Assembly (NCBI GenBank): GCA_963780735.1
Contig: CAWADB010000012.1
Location: 69,354 to 133,353, forward strand
Direction: 5' to 3'
From: an uncultured Bacteroidales bacterium
GTDB lineage: Bacteria; Bacteroidota; Bacteroidia; Bacteroidales; VadinHA17
Length of the DNA: 64,000 bases
Both the position numbers and the translations under genes were made by a program. Positions 10,436 to 20,020 of the stretch are shown piece after piece. How positions within the stretch are numbered: the stretch's first letter is position 1; every line of letters starts with the position of its first letter. The notes beneath the pieces are model-generated. The model saw only the letters and a list, made by a program, of their open reading frames with translations, ran no database searches and was not told the origin of the DNA.

Positions 10436-11443
10436 TTATTCCACCGGCTTCGGGTCGTAGGCCCACTTCAGCCAGATGCTTCCCCAGGTGAATCCGCCTC
10501 CGAAAGAAGCAAGAATAAGATTATCTCCCTTTTTCAGCTTGTGTTCGAACTCCCATATACAGAGTGGTATGGTTGCTGCGGTTGTGTTTCCGTAGTTCTG
10601 AATGTTGATCATCACCTTTTCGGGAGAGAGTCCCATTCTGCGCCCGGTAGCATCAATGATTCTGAGGTTTGCCTGGTGGGGAACAAGCCATGCGATATCT
10701 TCGGATTTCAGATTGTTTTTTTCCATGATCTCCGCTGCCACGTCAGCCATATTGGAGACTGCAAATTTAAAGACCGACTGACCCTCCTGGTAGACATAGT
10801 GTTCCCGTGCACTTACCGTTTCATGTGATGCAGGCCTTAGTGATCCGCCCGCCTTCATGTGCAGGTATTTCCTCCCTGAACCGTCAACCTTGAAAATATG
10901 GTCCATTATCCCATACTCCTCTTCAGTGGGCTCGAGCAGCACGGCGCCGCCGGCATCTCCGAACAGGGTACAGGTTGTTCTGTCGGTATAATCTGTTATT
11001 GACGACATCTTGTCGGCTCCGACGACAATAACTTTTTTGTATCTGCCAGTCTCCACATAGGCGGCAGCCGTCTCCAGGGCAAAGAGAAAGCCCGAGCAGG
11101 CAGCGTTCATATCAAAGCTGAATGCGTTTTTTATGCCTGTTTTATCGGAGATGATATTTGCTGTTGCCGGGAAGGCCATGTCGGGGGTTACCGTGGCACA
11201 GATGAGAAGGTCTATTTCACCGGGTGATGTATTTGTCTTTTCAAGCAGGCCTCTCACAGCCTGTTCACCCAGGTCGGATGTTGCCTTTCCCTCGCCTTTC
11301 AGTATCCTTCTCTCTTTTATACCTACGCGCTGCATTATCCACTCATCAGTGGTCTCAACCATCGTTGACAGCTCACTGTTGGTAAGACGGTATTCCGGAA
11401 CCCATCCGTTAATACCTGTTATTGCAGCTCGTATTTTTGTCAT
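10436..11443 (-). CDS. fabH: 3-oxoacyl-ACP synthase III
   Basis: 335 aa with the active-site motifs 'NAACSGF', 'VPHQANLRI' and 'GNTTAATIP'. Confidence 0.94.
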   Translation of the reverse strand: MTKIRAAITGINGWVPEYRLTNSELSTMVETTDEWIMQRVGIKERRILKGEGKATSDLGEQAVRGLLEKTNTSPGEIDLLICATVTPDMAFPATANIISDKTGIKNAFSFDMNAACSGFLFALETAAAYVETGRYKKVIVVGADKMSSITDYTDRTTCTLFGDAGGAVLLEPTEEEYGIMDHIFKVDGSGRKYLHMKAGGSLRPASHETVSAREHYVYQEGQSVFKFAVSNMADVAAEIMEKNNLKSEDIAWLVPHQANLRIIDATGRRMGLSPEKVMINIQNYGNTTAATIPLCIWEFEHKLKKGDNLILASFGGGFTWGSIWLKWAYDPKPVE

Positions 11444-12384
11444 GCTCCGACAGCCTCTTTGATCTTTCTTGCAAGGTCAGCGTGAACCACATCCCTTGTC
11501 TGGAGTATCATGCTGGTGATTGCCTTCCTGTTTGAAATGCCATGACCGACAACGACGTTCGCGTTGATACCCACAACGGGCGTGCCTCCGAAAACCTCAA
11601 AGTTCAGCCTGTCAAAAAAGGTATCACTGATGCCTTTTGCCTTTGCGATCAGGTAGAATTTCTCCGCCATTTTGAGTACGATATTTCCCACAAAACCGTC
11701 ACAAACGATGACGTCGGTCATCTCACGGGAAAAGAGATCGTGACCTTCAATATTGCCCTTGAAGTTTACCTCGGAACTCTCACGCAGAAGTTCGTATGCA
11801 GCTTTTACGGCGGCAGAGCCTTTTGATTCCTCTTCTCCGATGTTCAGCAGGCCGACCTCCGGATTCTCGATGCCAAGGACATATTTTGCATAGACGCTTC
11901 CCAGTATCCCATACTGCAGGAGCACATCGGGTTTAGCGTCAGGATTAATACCTACGTCAAGTATTATGGATGTTCTCCCGCTTACGTCAGGGATGAAAGC
12001 CGTAAGTGCAGGTCTGAAAACACCGGGTATAACGTTAACGGTATAGCTTGCGCCCACCATCATAGCGCCTGTATTGCCTGCGCTTGCGAAACCGTCTATC
12101 AGTCCGCTCTTAAGCATCCCGAAGCCCACGGCTATAGACGAATCTCTCTTCTGTGAAAAGGCTTTTGCAGGGTGATCGGACATTTCAATCACCTGTGTGG
12201 CAGGAACGATTTCGAAAAGGGAGGGTTCCACTTCCATGGAAGCCAGTTTTTCCCTTATGATACGATTGTCGCCAATAAGTACCAGCCGGTCACCGGCCGG
12301 AAGCTGTCCGAGGGCATCAACCGCCCCCTCAATGACAGCATCGGGGGCATAGTCACCCCCCATGGCATCCAGTCCTATTTTCAT
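11440..12384 (-). CDS. plsX: Phosphate acyltransferase PlsX
   Basis: The '[11 protein letters not shown]' start region is present. I prefer the ATG at 12384 ([10 protein letters not shown]); the track extension overlaps rpmF. Confidence 0.93.
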   Translation of the reverse strand: MKIGLDAMGGDYAPDAVIEGAVDALGQLPAGDRLVLIGDNRIIREKLASMEVEPSLFEIVPATQVIEMSDHPAKAFSQKRDSSIAVGFGMLKSGLIDGFASAGNTGAMMVGASYTVNVIPGVFRPALTAFIPDVSGRTSIILDVGINPDAKPDVLLQYGILGSVYAKYVLGIENPEVGLLNIGEEESKGSAAVKAAYELLRESSEVNFKGNIEGHDLFSREMTDVIVCDGFVGNIVLKMAEKFYLIAKAKGISDTFFDRLNFEVFGGTPVVGINANVVVGHGISNRKAITSMILQTRDVVHADLARKIKEAVGA

Positions 12385-12413
12385 TGCCTTTCTGATTTGG
12401 CACGTATGACAGG

Positions 12414-12599
12414 TCAGGCTGTCGCCTTCTTCTCTACGGCAAGCTTGCCTCTGTAGTATCCGCACTCAGGGCATACCCTGTGGTACAGATGAGCTGATCC
12501 GCAATTGGAACATGCAGCTACTGTCGGAACAACAGCTTTGTCGTGTGTTCTCCTCTTATCCCTTCTGGTACTCGAGTGTCTGTGTTTTGGATTTGGCAT
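12414..12599 (-). CDS. rpmF: 50S ribosomal protein L32
   Basis: 61 aa. It begins 'PNPKHRHSSTRRDKRR' and has a CxxC...CxxC zinc ribbon. Confidence 0.93.
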   Translation of the reverse strand: MPNPKHRHSSTRRDKRRTHDKAVVPTVAACSNCGSAHLYHRVCPECGYYRGKLAVEKKATA

Positions 12600-12617
12600 C
12601 GCAGTAATGTATTGTGT

Positions 12618-13139
12618 TTAATTGTTTTCTGTCAGTTTTTTAAGCTCATCCCAGCGTGGGTCTGTTTTATTTTCACCTGCAGCAAGATGTTCTTCAAGTT
12701 TCCTGATCATTTCAGGGTCGCAAGTTGACCGTCCCTGTTTGTCTTCAGGATGAATTCGCTTTAAAGGTAACGCAAGATGGATGTATTCATAGAAATACTG
12801 ACTTAAATCTATCTCGTGTTCATCCAGCGGCATTGTAATCATATCGGGATCTGTCTCCTCCCATTCCTTGCCCTGTCTTACAAACAGCCTGTTGTCACAT
12901 GACAGCGGCAGGTAAAATTTTTCCAGGCATCTGTCACACACAACTTCAGCATTCCCCTTAATGGCAATGTCAAGCTGCAGATGTGTGGAGCACTTCTCCA
13001 TCACCACCTCCGCATTAAGCTCTCCCCTCCTGATCTCTGTACCTTCAAATGCCTCAAAGAAGTCGTTTCCTATTGTAAATCCGTAGGTATGTCTGCCTTC
13101 TTTAAGACCGGCCAGAGGTATGGAATACAATCCGGGCAT
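12618..13139 (-). CDS. yceD: YceD/DUF177 family protein
   Basis: It occupies the conserved position upstream of rpmF-plsX-fabH. A 'CDRCLEKF' motif is present. I prefer the ATG at 13139, which has a -7 box 18 nt upstream. Confidence 0.8.
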   Translation of the reverse strand: MPGLYSIPLAGLKEGRHTYGFTIGNDFFEAFEGTEIRRGELNAEVVMEKCSTHLQLDIAIKGNAEVVCDRCLEKFYLPLSCDNRLFVRQGKEWEETDPDMITMPLDEHEIDLSQYFYEYIHLALPLKRIHPEDKQGRSTCDPEMIRKLEEHLAAGENKTDPRWDELKKLTENN

Positions 13140-13157
13140 CTCCTTTTTTTCGGTCTG

Positions 13158-13165
13158 CAAAATTA
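13158..13165 (-). promoter_or_regulatory. Candidate -7 promoter box (TAATTTTG) for yceD-rpmF-plsX-fabH
   Basis: Exact TAnnTTTG match on the minus strand, 18 nt upstream of the preferred yceD ATG. Confidence 0.4.
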
Positions 13166-13319
13166 TAAATCCTCTTCCAATAAAAAAAATTATCAACAAA
13201 AAAGTAACATCCCCGATTTTCTTCGCCGCTTGCCGATATAATTCCGCAGCCTGCCGGAAATGACTGTCGGGCATGGCAGGTATGTCATAATTTTGAAGCG
13301 TAATAATATTTTGTACGTC

Positions 13320-13652
13320 ATGAAAGAAAAGAACAATCCTTTTAGCGGCATCGCCAAACTCCTCATCACGCTTGGCCTGGTGATGATAATTGCAAAACTG
13401 GACCTGCTCAGAATAGGATCAATCTCCGACTATTTTACCTGGGAGATGCTGCTGATCTTTTTTGGCATTTTCAATTTATTGAACCTCGACCTGGTTTTCA
13501 GTGTCTTTCTTTTCGCGGCCGGGTTCTGGTTCCTGATGCCTGAAATGAGTATTCAGCTCTCTCCGTTCTATAAGGAGATATTCTGGCCTGCCGTGCTGGT
13601 CCTTGCCGGCATCGCTTTCATGATAAGACCATTCACTAAAAGCCTGAAATAA
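13320..13652 (+). CDS. Small LiaI/LiaF-like transmembrane-domain protein
   Basis: About 110 aa with four hydrophobic helices. It lies immediately upstream of a LiaF-like gene. I prefer the start MKEKNNPF. Confidence 0.5.
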   Translation: MKEKNNPFSGIAKLLITLGLVMIIAKLDLLRIGSISDYFTWEMLLIFFGIFNLLNLDLVFSVFLFAAGFWFLMPEMSIQLSPFYKEIFWPAVLVLAGIAFMIRPFTKSLK

Positions 13653-13675
13653 ATAACCGTCAAACAAATACTGAA

Positions 13676-14419
13676 ATGGAAAACGAAACAAACAAACCGG
13701 CAAAAAATCCTGCTGAAACCTCCAACAGGTTCATAATAGGCATTTTACTTGTTATTGCAGGATTTATCCTTATTCTCAGAAAGACCACTGTGCTTCCTGA
13801 ACCTCTTGATCATTTTATTGATGACATCATCTTCAGCTGGCAGATGCTGCTGATAGCGATAGGCGTGATCATACTTGCAGGGTCGGATAACAAGACTCCC
13901 GGCGTTGTGCTTATTTCAGTCGGAGGTTTTTTCATGATACCCGAGCTTTTCACCGATTTCTTCAGGTCATTTAACTTCTTCTGGCCTGCCATGTTCATCG
14001 TGATAGGTGTCGTACTGCTGATCAATTCCAAGCGCCTGGGGAAGACCCTGAACTATACCAGCGGAAGCAAAGCTGATATGATAGATTATGTCAATATCTT
14101 CAGCGGCGCTGAACGGCAGCTTATTACGAATAATTTTCTCGGAGGGAAGATAACCTCAATATTCGGCGGCGGCGAGGTAGACCTGACAAGATCATCACTG
14201 GCTCCCGGCGATAATGTAATTGAAATTACCTGTATATTTGGAGGAACAACGATCATCATTCCCGAAAACTGGAATGTCATTCTTAATGTCACACCCGTTC
14301 TTGGAGGCTTCACAGACAGCCGCAGGATAGGCAGTGATGTCATCAAGGACACTACAAGGTCACTGACAATAAATGGAACGGTGATTTTCGGGGGAGGAGA
14401 GCTTAAAAGCCACAAATAA
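13676..14419 (+). CDS. LiaF-like cell-envelope stress protein (TM region plus C-terminal DUF2154/toast-rack-like domain)
   Basis: 247 aa. The N-terminal TM helices are followed by a Gly-rich beta repeat domain: 'GGKITSIFGGGEVDL...TCIFGGTTIIIPENW...VIFGGGELK'. Confidence 0.65.
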   Translation: MENETNKPAKNPAETSNRFIIGILLVIAGFILILRKTTVLPEPLDHFIDDIIFSWQMLLIAIGVIILAGSDNKTPGVVLISVGGFFMIPELFTDFFRSFNFFWPAMFIVIGVVLLINSKRLGKTLNYTSGSKADMIDYVNIFSGAERQLITNNFLGGKITSIFGGGEVDLTRSSLAPGDNVIEITCIFGGTTIIIPENWNVILNVTPVLGGFTDSRRIGSDVIKDTTRSLTINGTVIFGGGELKSHK

Positions 14420-14422
14420 AAT

Positions 14423-15481
14423 ATGAAGCATCCGATACTGGAGGACCGGTCAAGGGTACTGATATGGTGTCTGGCCTGGGTTATATTAGCCGCAGGCCAG
14501 GCATCTGTCATTCATTTCGTATATGGCAGCACCCTGGATATCGCGGTAGCTGACAGTATTATTGCCATGTTTCTTTACTGTGTGCTCGGAATCGCCATCT
14601 GGTTCCCGGTCAGGTATATGCTGCGCAGCAACAATAAGGTCCTGTCGACAACCATTAACGTCATCCTGACGGGGTCCGTAACTATTGTCCTTTGGCTGTT
14701 CATTACCAGGCCTCTTGTCAGGGCTATGGTTCCCGAGAAGGAAGATTATGACCTGTTCTGGCATACGGTACTGGTATTCCGTGTCGCCGCCGGGGTGCTG
14801 ATCTTCTTCGTGGTCACCCTGATATATTACCTGTACCTGAGCGCCACACAGCTTGCAGAGAAAGCGTCACGGCAGGCACAGCTGGAGGCCCAGGTACGCG
14901 AGGGAGAACTGAAGATGCTGCGCGCACAGATTAACCCCCACTTCCTGTTCAACAGTCTCAATTCAATGAGCTCCCTGACACTGACAGACCCGATGAAAGC
15001 CAGGGAGATGATTCTGAAACTGTCTGATTTCATGCGGTATTCACTGTCATCACACAACGAGCAGCCGGTGACATTGCAGAATGAAATGGAAAGCCTCCGT
15101 CTTTACCTTGAAATCGAGAAAGTCAGATTTGGCGAACGGCTCATCATCGAGGAGGACATTCAGCCTGAGTGCCTTACGGCATTATTGCCAGGGATGCTCC
15201 TTCAGCCTTTATATGAAAACGCCGTCAAGCACGGTGTATATGAATCAACTGAGAAGGTGGTGATCAGAACCTCAGCACACAAGGAAAACAGCCTTGTGGT
15301 AATATCTGTCTCAAACAACATTGACCCTGACTCTGTGGTGACACGCAAGGGAGCAGGGATAGGACTGATAAATGTGCGTTCCAGGCTGGAGCTTTTCTTT
15401 GGTGAAAAGGCTGATCTTACAGTAACCCGGAATGATGACAGCTTTAATGTGACGGTGAAGTTTCCTTACAGAAAATCATAA
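14423..15481 (+). CDS. LytS/YehU-type sensor histidine kinase
   Basis: 352 aa. It has a multi-TM N-terminus, the His_kinase motif 'INPHFLFNSLNS', and an HATPase C-terminus 'GAGIGLINVRSRL'. Confidence 0.87.
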   Translation: MKHPILEDRSRVLIWCLAWVILAAGQASVIHFVYGSTLDIAVADSIIAMFLYCVLGIAIWFPVRYMLRSNNKVLSTTINVILTGSVTIVLWLFITRPLVRAMVPEKEDYDLFWHTVLVFRVAAGVLIFFVVTLIYYLYLSATQLAEKASRQAQLEAQVREGELKMLRAQINPHFLFNSLNSMSSLTLTDPMKAREMILKLSDFMRYSLSSHNEQPVTLQNEMESLRLYLEIEKVRFGERLIIEEDIQPECLTALLPGMLLQPLYENAVKHGVYESTEKVVIRTSAHKENSLVVISVSNNIDPDSVVTRKGAGIGLINVRSRLELFFGEKADLTVTRNDDSFNVTVKFPYRKS

Positions 15482-15495
15482 AATCAAAATACAGC

Positions 15496-16248
15496 ATGAA
15501 AAACATCAGGGTTCTGATCATTGAAGATGAAACTCCTGCCCGGGAGCTCATAAAGTACATGCTGAAGGATCATCCCGGAATTGAGGTGATCGGTGAGTGC
15601 GCTGACGGTTTCTGCGGGGCACGTGAGATAAAGGAAAAACGCCCCGACCTGATCTTTCTTGATATTCAGATGCCCAAACTCACCGGTTTTGAGCTACTGG
15701 AGGTTCTCGATGAAAAGCCTGAGGTGATCTTCACCACAGCTTTCGACCAGTATGCCATCAGGGCCTTTGAACTCAATGCGGTGGATTATCTTCTCAAGCC
15801 TTACTCAAAAGAACGATTTGACAGCGCCCTTGCCAAGGCTGTAAGCAGGATAGGCAAAGAGACACAGGAGCCGGACAAGGTAGAAAAGCTTGTCACCGCA
15901 GTGACTGAAGCGGAAGGGTATCTGACAAGGATCGTATTCCGGAAGGGGGCCGGTATAAAGATAATTCCGCTGAACCTGATCTCGTACCTTGCCTCCGAGG
16001 ATGATTATGTAATGATTTATTACAGCGAAGGCAAGGCCCTTAAGCCCAAAACGATGAAATACTATGAAGACCACCTGCCGCCCAGTCTCTTCATGAGAGT
16101 GCACAGGTCGTACATGGTGAACATCGAGCAGATTACCCGCCTTGAACCTTACAGCAAGGATAATTATGTTGCTGTTCTCAAATCAGGGGAGAAGATACCT
16201 GTCAGCCGGACAGGTTATAAAATGCTTAGGGAAAAACTTAATTTTTAA
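15496..16248 (+). CDS. LytTR-family response regulator
   Basis: The receiver has 'DLIFLDIQMPKLTG'. The C-terminal LytTR domain has 'RVHRSYMVNI'. Confidence 0.9.
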   Translation: MKNIRVLIIEDETPARELIKYMLKDHPGIEVIGECADGFCGAREIKEKRPDLIFLDIQMPKLTGFELLEVLDEKPEVIFTTAFDQYAIRAFELNAVDYLLKPYSKERFDSALAKAVSRIGKETQEPDKVEKLVTAVTEAEGYLTRIVFRKGAGIKIIPLNLISYLASEDDYVMIYYSEGKALKPKTMKYYEDHLPPSLFMRVHRSYMVNIEQITRLEPYSKDNYVAVLKSGEKIPVSRTGYKMLREKLNF

Positions 16249-16559
16249 TCTCTCTCTTTCAGCCTGTTGCACCGTGGAAGCCGGCGAAACAGTTGCCCTG
16301 CCGGCCTGTACCTTCTGAACAGGAACATGGGAACCGGATCATACCCGTGTGTTCCGCCAGGCCTGCACCGCAGTATTCGTCCTGTGGATATGACCAGTCC
16401 TGTAAAGGGACCGTGAATCTTAATCGCATCAATTGTAAACTGCGAACAGGTTGGTACATGCCGGCATGACTGCGGAGTCCACGGAGATATTAATCCGCGG
16501 TATAACCAAACCGGTATAAGGAGTAAAAAAGATAATATCTTTGTGACCGTATTCTGCAT
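16245..16559 (-). CDS. yidD: Membrane protein insertion efficiency factor YidD
   Basis: 'ISPWTPQSCRHVPTCSQFTIDAIKIHG' and 'RCRPGGTHGYDPVP' are present. I prefer the start MQNTVTK. The C-terminal tail is about 25 aa longer than usual. Confidence 0.8.
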   Translation of the reverse strand: MQNTVTKILSFLLLIPVWLYRGLISPWTPQSCRHVPTCSQFTIDAIKIHGPFTGLVISTGRILRCRPGGTHGYDPVPMFLFRRYRPAGQLFRRLPRCNRLKERD

Positions 16560-16672
16560 CGGCTTCAAAGATAAGGTGAATCGTTCTGACAAAATGACCT
16601 GTCTGATTAACAAAATGACAATGGCAGATATTTTGAAGTAAAGGGAGTAACTATTTAAGAGAAAGAAAACAA

Positions 16673-17377
16673 ATGGAAACAACGTATTTAAATAACGGAC
16701 TGTACTGGATCATTTTTTTAGTATTCATGTTTCTGAGCTGGATTGTCAGCGCAAGATTAAAATCAAAATTCAGAAAATACTCTAAAGTCCCCATAGGCAA
16801 CGGAATGACCGGTAAGGATGTGGCAGAAAAGATGCTTCGTGACAACGGCATTTCGGATGTCACCGTGCACAGTGTTCCGGGCGAGTTGTCTGATCACTAT
16901 AACCCTCTCAAAAAGACCATTAACCTGAGCCACGATGTCTATGCGGGCGCCAGTGTTGCCGCAGCTGCAGTTGCGGCCCACGAAACAGGCCACGCCGTTC
17001 AGCACGCAACCTCGTATGCATGGCTGACTATGAGATCAAAACTTACCCCCGTGGTGAGCTTTTCGTCCAACTGGATTCAATGGGTGCTGATCGCAGGACT
17101 GTTTCTTGTCAAATCACGGCCAGAGATACTTCTGATAGGCATTGTTCTTTTTGCACTCACCACCCTGTTCAGCCTGATAACCCTTCCCGTTGAGGTCAAT
17201 GCATCAAAGAGGGCCCTGGCATGGCTGTCAGATGCGGGCATCACATACTCCGGGACACAGGATAAGGCACAGGACGCGCTGAAATGGGCCGCGTATACCT
17301 ATGTCATAGCAGCGCTTGGATCGCTGGCATCGCTGATATACTACATAATGATTTTCATGGGGGTGAGGAACAGGTAG
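16673..17377 (+). CDS. Membrane zinc metallopeptidase (Zn_peptidase_2 / YpfJ-unrelated 'putative neutral zinc metallopeptidase')
   Basis: 234 aa with an HExxH motif ('AHETGHAVQH') and flanking TM helices. Confidence 0.8.
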   Translation: METTYLNNGLYWIIFLVFMFLSWIVSARLKSKFRKYSKVPIGNGMTGKDVAEKMLRDNGISDVTVHSVPGELSDHYNPLKKTINLSHDVYAGASVAAAAVAAHETGHAVQHATSYAWLTMRSKLTPVVSFSSNWIQWVLIAGLFLVKSRPEILLIGIVLFALTTLFSLITLPVEVNASKRALAWLSDAGITYSGTQDKAQDALKWAAYTYVIAALGSLASLIYYIMIFMGVRNR

Positions 17378-17389
17378 AGCTATTCTATC

Positions 17390-18124
17390 CTATCGTCCCT
17401 CAACATAGAGGAACTTCGTCCTTTTGACCAGGTACCTCACAACAGACCAGAAGATTAGGGCTGCGACAAGCAGTGTGATGTACAGCGGCTCCATATAAAC
17501 CTTTCCGGTCACTGCAATATTCCGTGTCACATCCAGAATGGCAAAGACGATGAAGAGATTTGCTATGCTGTTGTACTCCCTCTTGAGAACATTCCTTAAA
17601 GAGAATTGAAGGTCTGCCCTGGTAAAATTCCTGAAACGTGGAATCACGGACCTGACCCTGAAGGCCCATGTATCATAATCCTCACCGAATTTCCGGCGGA
17701 GATATTGCTCTTCTGCAAAAATAATCCGCTCATAATAGATCCAGAAGGCAAGCACAAATATGATAATGCACCAAACCGACCTGAGAAAGAGAACGGGGCC
17801 CAGCCACATCAGGAAGTTACCCACATAGAGCGGATGACGGACAATCGAATATATTCCCGAGGTATTCAGTTCATCAGCCATCTGGTCAATAACATTGCGG
17901 CCTGAGGTGTTTCTCGGCACATGACCGACAGTGTACGACCTGACCATCTCACCTGCAACCGAGACAATAACGCAGGTCAGTTCCCATGTCAGATTGAAGT
18001 AAATAACGCTTCTGTTGGCAATGAAGAGATAACCGGCAGCCAGAACCAGAACAATTACCGGTAACCAGCTTCTCCTTCTGAATAACCAGTTTCCGGATTT
18101 TTCCAGTTCATGAACGAGTGACAT
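17390..18124 (-). CDS. Integral-membrane methyltransferase (ICMT / phospholipid methyltransferase-like family)
   Basis: 244 aa polytopic protein with the core 'GIYSIVRHPLYVGNFLMWLG' typical of ICMT/PEMT-type enzymes. Confidence 0.6.
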   Translation of the reverse strand: MSLVHELEKSGNWLFRRRSWLPVIVLVLAAGYLFIANRSVIYFNLTWELTCVIVSVAGEMVRSYTVGHVPRNTSGRNVIDQMADELNTSGIYSIVRHPLYVGNFLMWLGPVLFLRSVWCIIIFVLAFWIYYERIIFAEEQYLRRKFGEDYDTWAFRVRSVIPRFRNFTRADLQFSLRNVLKREYNSIANLFIVFAILDVTRNIAVTGKVYMEPLYITLLVAALIFWSVVRYLVKRTKFLYVEGR

Positions 18125-18159
18125 AGTTTCAGGGTTAATGCCGTAAAAATAGGAAAATT

Positions 18160-19312
18160 TCAGAAACTATACTTAATCCTGACGAAACCCAGGTTTATCT
18201 TTGTCACTTCTCCCGATATGACATTGTCGAAATGCTGCATTACAAGTGAAAAATCAACATTCTCAGCCATTGAAAAATCAACAGTGGCATCTGCAAAATA
18301 ACCTTTCAGGTCAGGATACCAGATTGCAGACACTGAGATGTTAAGCAGCGGAACCGGGGTATAGGTAAGCTGCCCTATGGCGCTGAACTCCGACAGAGCC
18401 AGCTGGTCCGCAGTAATGGCTCCCTTGTAAAGCTCGGTGAAGTTGTCAAGTGCGAACGGGTTGTTTGAATACATCATCTGCACAAGTGCCGAAATCTTAT
18501 CTGTGAAGGTCTTATCGACGCCTGCCGTTGCGATGAAGGTCGTCTCTTTCACGGATGAATTTCCGAGCGGAGTGAACAGGGTGGCTTCGCCGCGGATTGA
18601 ATATGAGCCTAATGCACCTGACCATCCTGTACCCGCGGTGAAGAGCTCCTCATTTGTCTCGCCGGCAAAGAACTGGAGATCGGTATTAAGAACATTGAAG
18701 CGGTAAAGGGCAGCAACAGTTACCCTGTTGGCGCTGTCGAGCTTGACGACCATTTCGGCTGCCGATGACGGGCCGGTGGAGTAAACGGCTCTCAGGGCAT
18801 CGCTGCCGGGCCGTTCCATATAGTCAAAATCAAAAAAAGAATAAGTGTTGAAAATGTCATTGGGGTTCCATACCAGTGCCTGGCTCCAGTTGATCCGCTG
18901 CCGGCCCAGGGTGAGCCTGAGCTTCCCTGATGTGTAGTCGATCCAGGCCCTGTCGATGAACGTATTAAGCACGAAAGACTGCTCACTCAGGAGGTTCCAT
19001 GACATGTCAACCCAGCCCGGATCAGCAGCCAGGCCCGTGCTGTATGTCGGGGTCAAGCTGTACCATGTCGCCCAGCACAAACCTGTTTCTTATTTCAAGA
19101 GCCATTGTTATCCGGGTGCCGGGGTATGCCCTGAAATTAAGCCTGTTATGCAGCATGCTGCTGTTGAGCCATTCCTCTGCAGGGTCTTCAAATACGGAGT
19201 TATTGAGCCATGTTGCATAGCCTCCGGCAGAAAATCTGCCCGGGGCATCCTGTGACAGTGATGTGAAAGTGCAAATCATCACTGCAGAGAGCAACATGAT
19301 GGCTTTTTTCAT
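18160..19312 (-). pseudogene. Beta-barrel outer membrane protein, interrupted by a 1-nt frameshift
   Basis: The N-terminal piece (19022-19312) carries a signal peptide. The C-terminal piece (18160-19080) has 'RLTLGRQRINW' and ends '...VRIKYSF'. Removing one G from GGGG at 19049-19052 joins them as '...GDMVQLDPTYSTGLAADPGW...'. Confidence 0.65.
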
Positions 19313-20004
19313 GAAATATTGTTTGTCCTTTCATCGGAGACAACACGTCCGTCCTCTATCGTTATGACCCTTCGGGCCCTTTTCATCACCCGTATGTCAT
19401 GTGTCGAAAAGATGAATGTCATCTCCTCCTCACGGTTCAGCTTTTCCATTATATCGAGGAGGGTTTCGGCCGATCTGGAGTCGAGGTTTGCCGTCGGTTC
19501 ATCAGCCAGTATGAATTCCGGACGGGGCGCCAGGGCTCGTGCCACTGCCACCCTCTGCTGCTGTCCGCCCGACAGCTGCGAGGGTCTGCTGTTATGCCTG
19601 TCGGAGAGACCCACTGACTGAAGCAGCTCATCGGTGCGCGCCTTGCGCTTTTCCTTTGGCCACTTCTGGAGGTTCATTATAAATCCGATATTCTCTTCGG
19701 CGGTCAGCACGGGAATAAGGTTGTAGGACTGAAAGACGAAGCCGACATGCTCCATCCTGAAATCTATCAGTTCCGACGGTTTTAGCTCCGAGAGGCGGTG
19801 ACCTGCCACAATGATCTCGCCTCCTGTAGGCTGATCAAGGCCGCCGATGAGGTTCAGAAGCGTGGTCTTGCCTGATCCGGAAGGGCCAACCACAACTGCA
19901 AAATCACCTTTTTCAAAGCTGAGGGTGACACCGTTTATTGCCTTCACCTCAACTTCGGTATCATGATAGGTCTTATACACATCGTTTATTTCAACTACTT
20001 TCAT
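19309..20004 (-). CDS. ABC transporter ATP-binding protein (LolD/MacB-type)
   Basis: Walker A 'GPSGSGKTT', signature 'LSGGQQQRVAVARAL' and Walker B 'ILADEPT' are all present. Confidence 0.94.
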   Translation of the reverse strand: MKVVEINDVYKTYHDTEVEVKAINGVTLSFEKGDFAVVVGPSGSGKTTLLNLIGGLDQPTGGEIIVAGHRLSELKPSELIDFRMEHVGFVFQSYNLIPVLTAEENIGFIMNLQKWPKEKRKARTDELLQSVGLSDRHNSRPSQLSGGQQQRVAVARALAPRPEFILADEPTANLDSRSAETLLDIMEKLNREEEMTFIFSTHDIRVMKRARRVITIEDGRVVSDERTNNIS

Positions 20005-20020
20005 GACTGTGTCGATTTTA

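Noticed and set aside
16245-16248. Convergent LytTR regulator and yidD genes share overlapping stop codons (TTAA)
   Set aside because: The overlap is real in the sequence, but it is a trivial consequence of the palindromic TTAA. I could not derive any regulatory significance. The unusually long YidD C-terminal tail may simply reflect a late stop.
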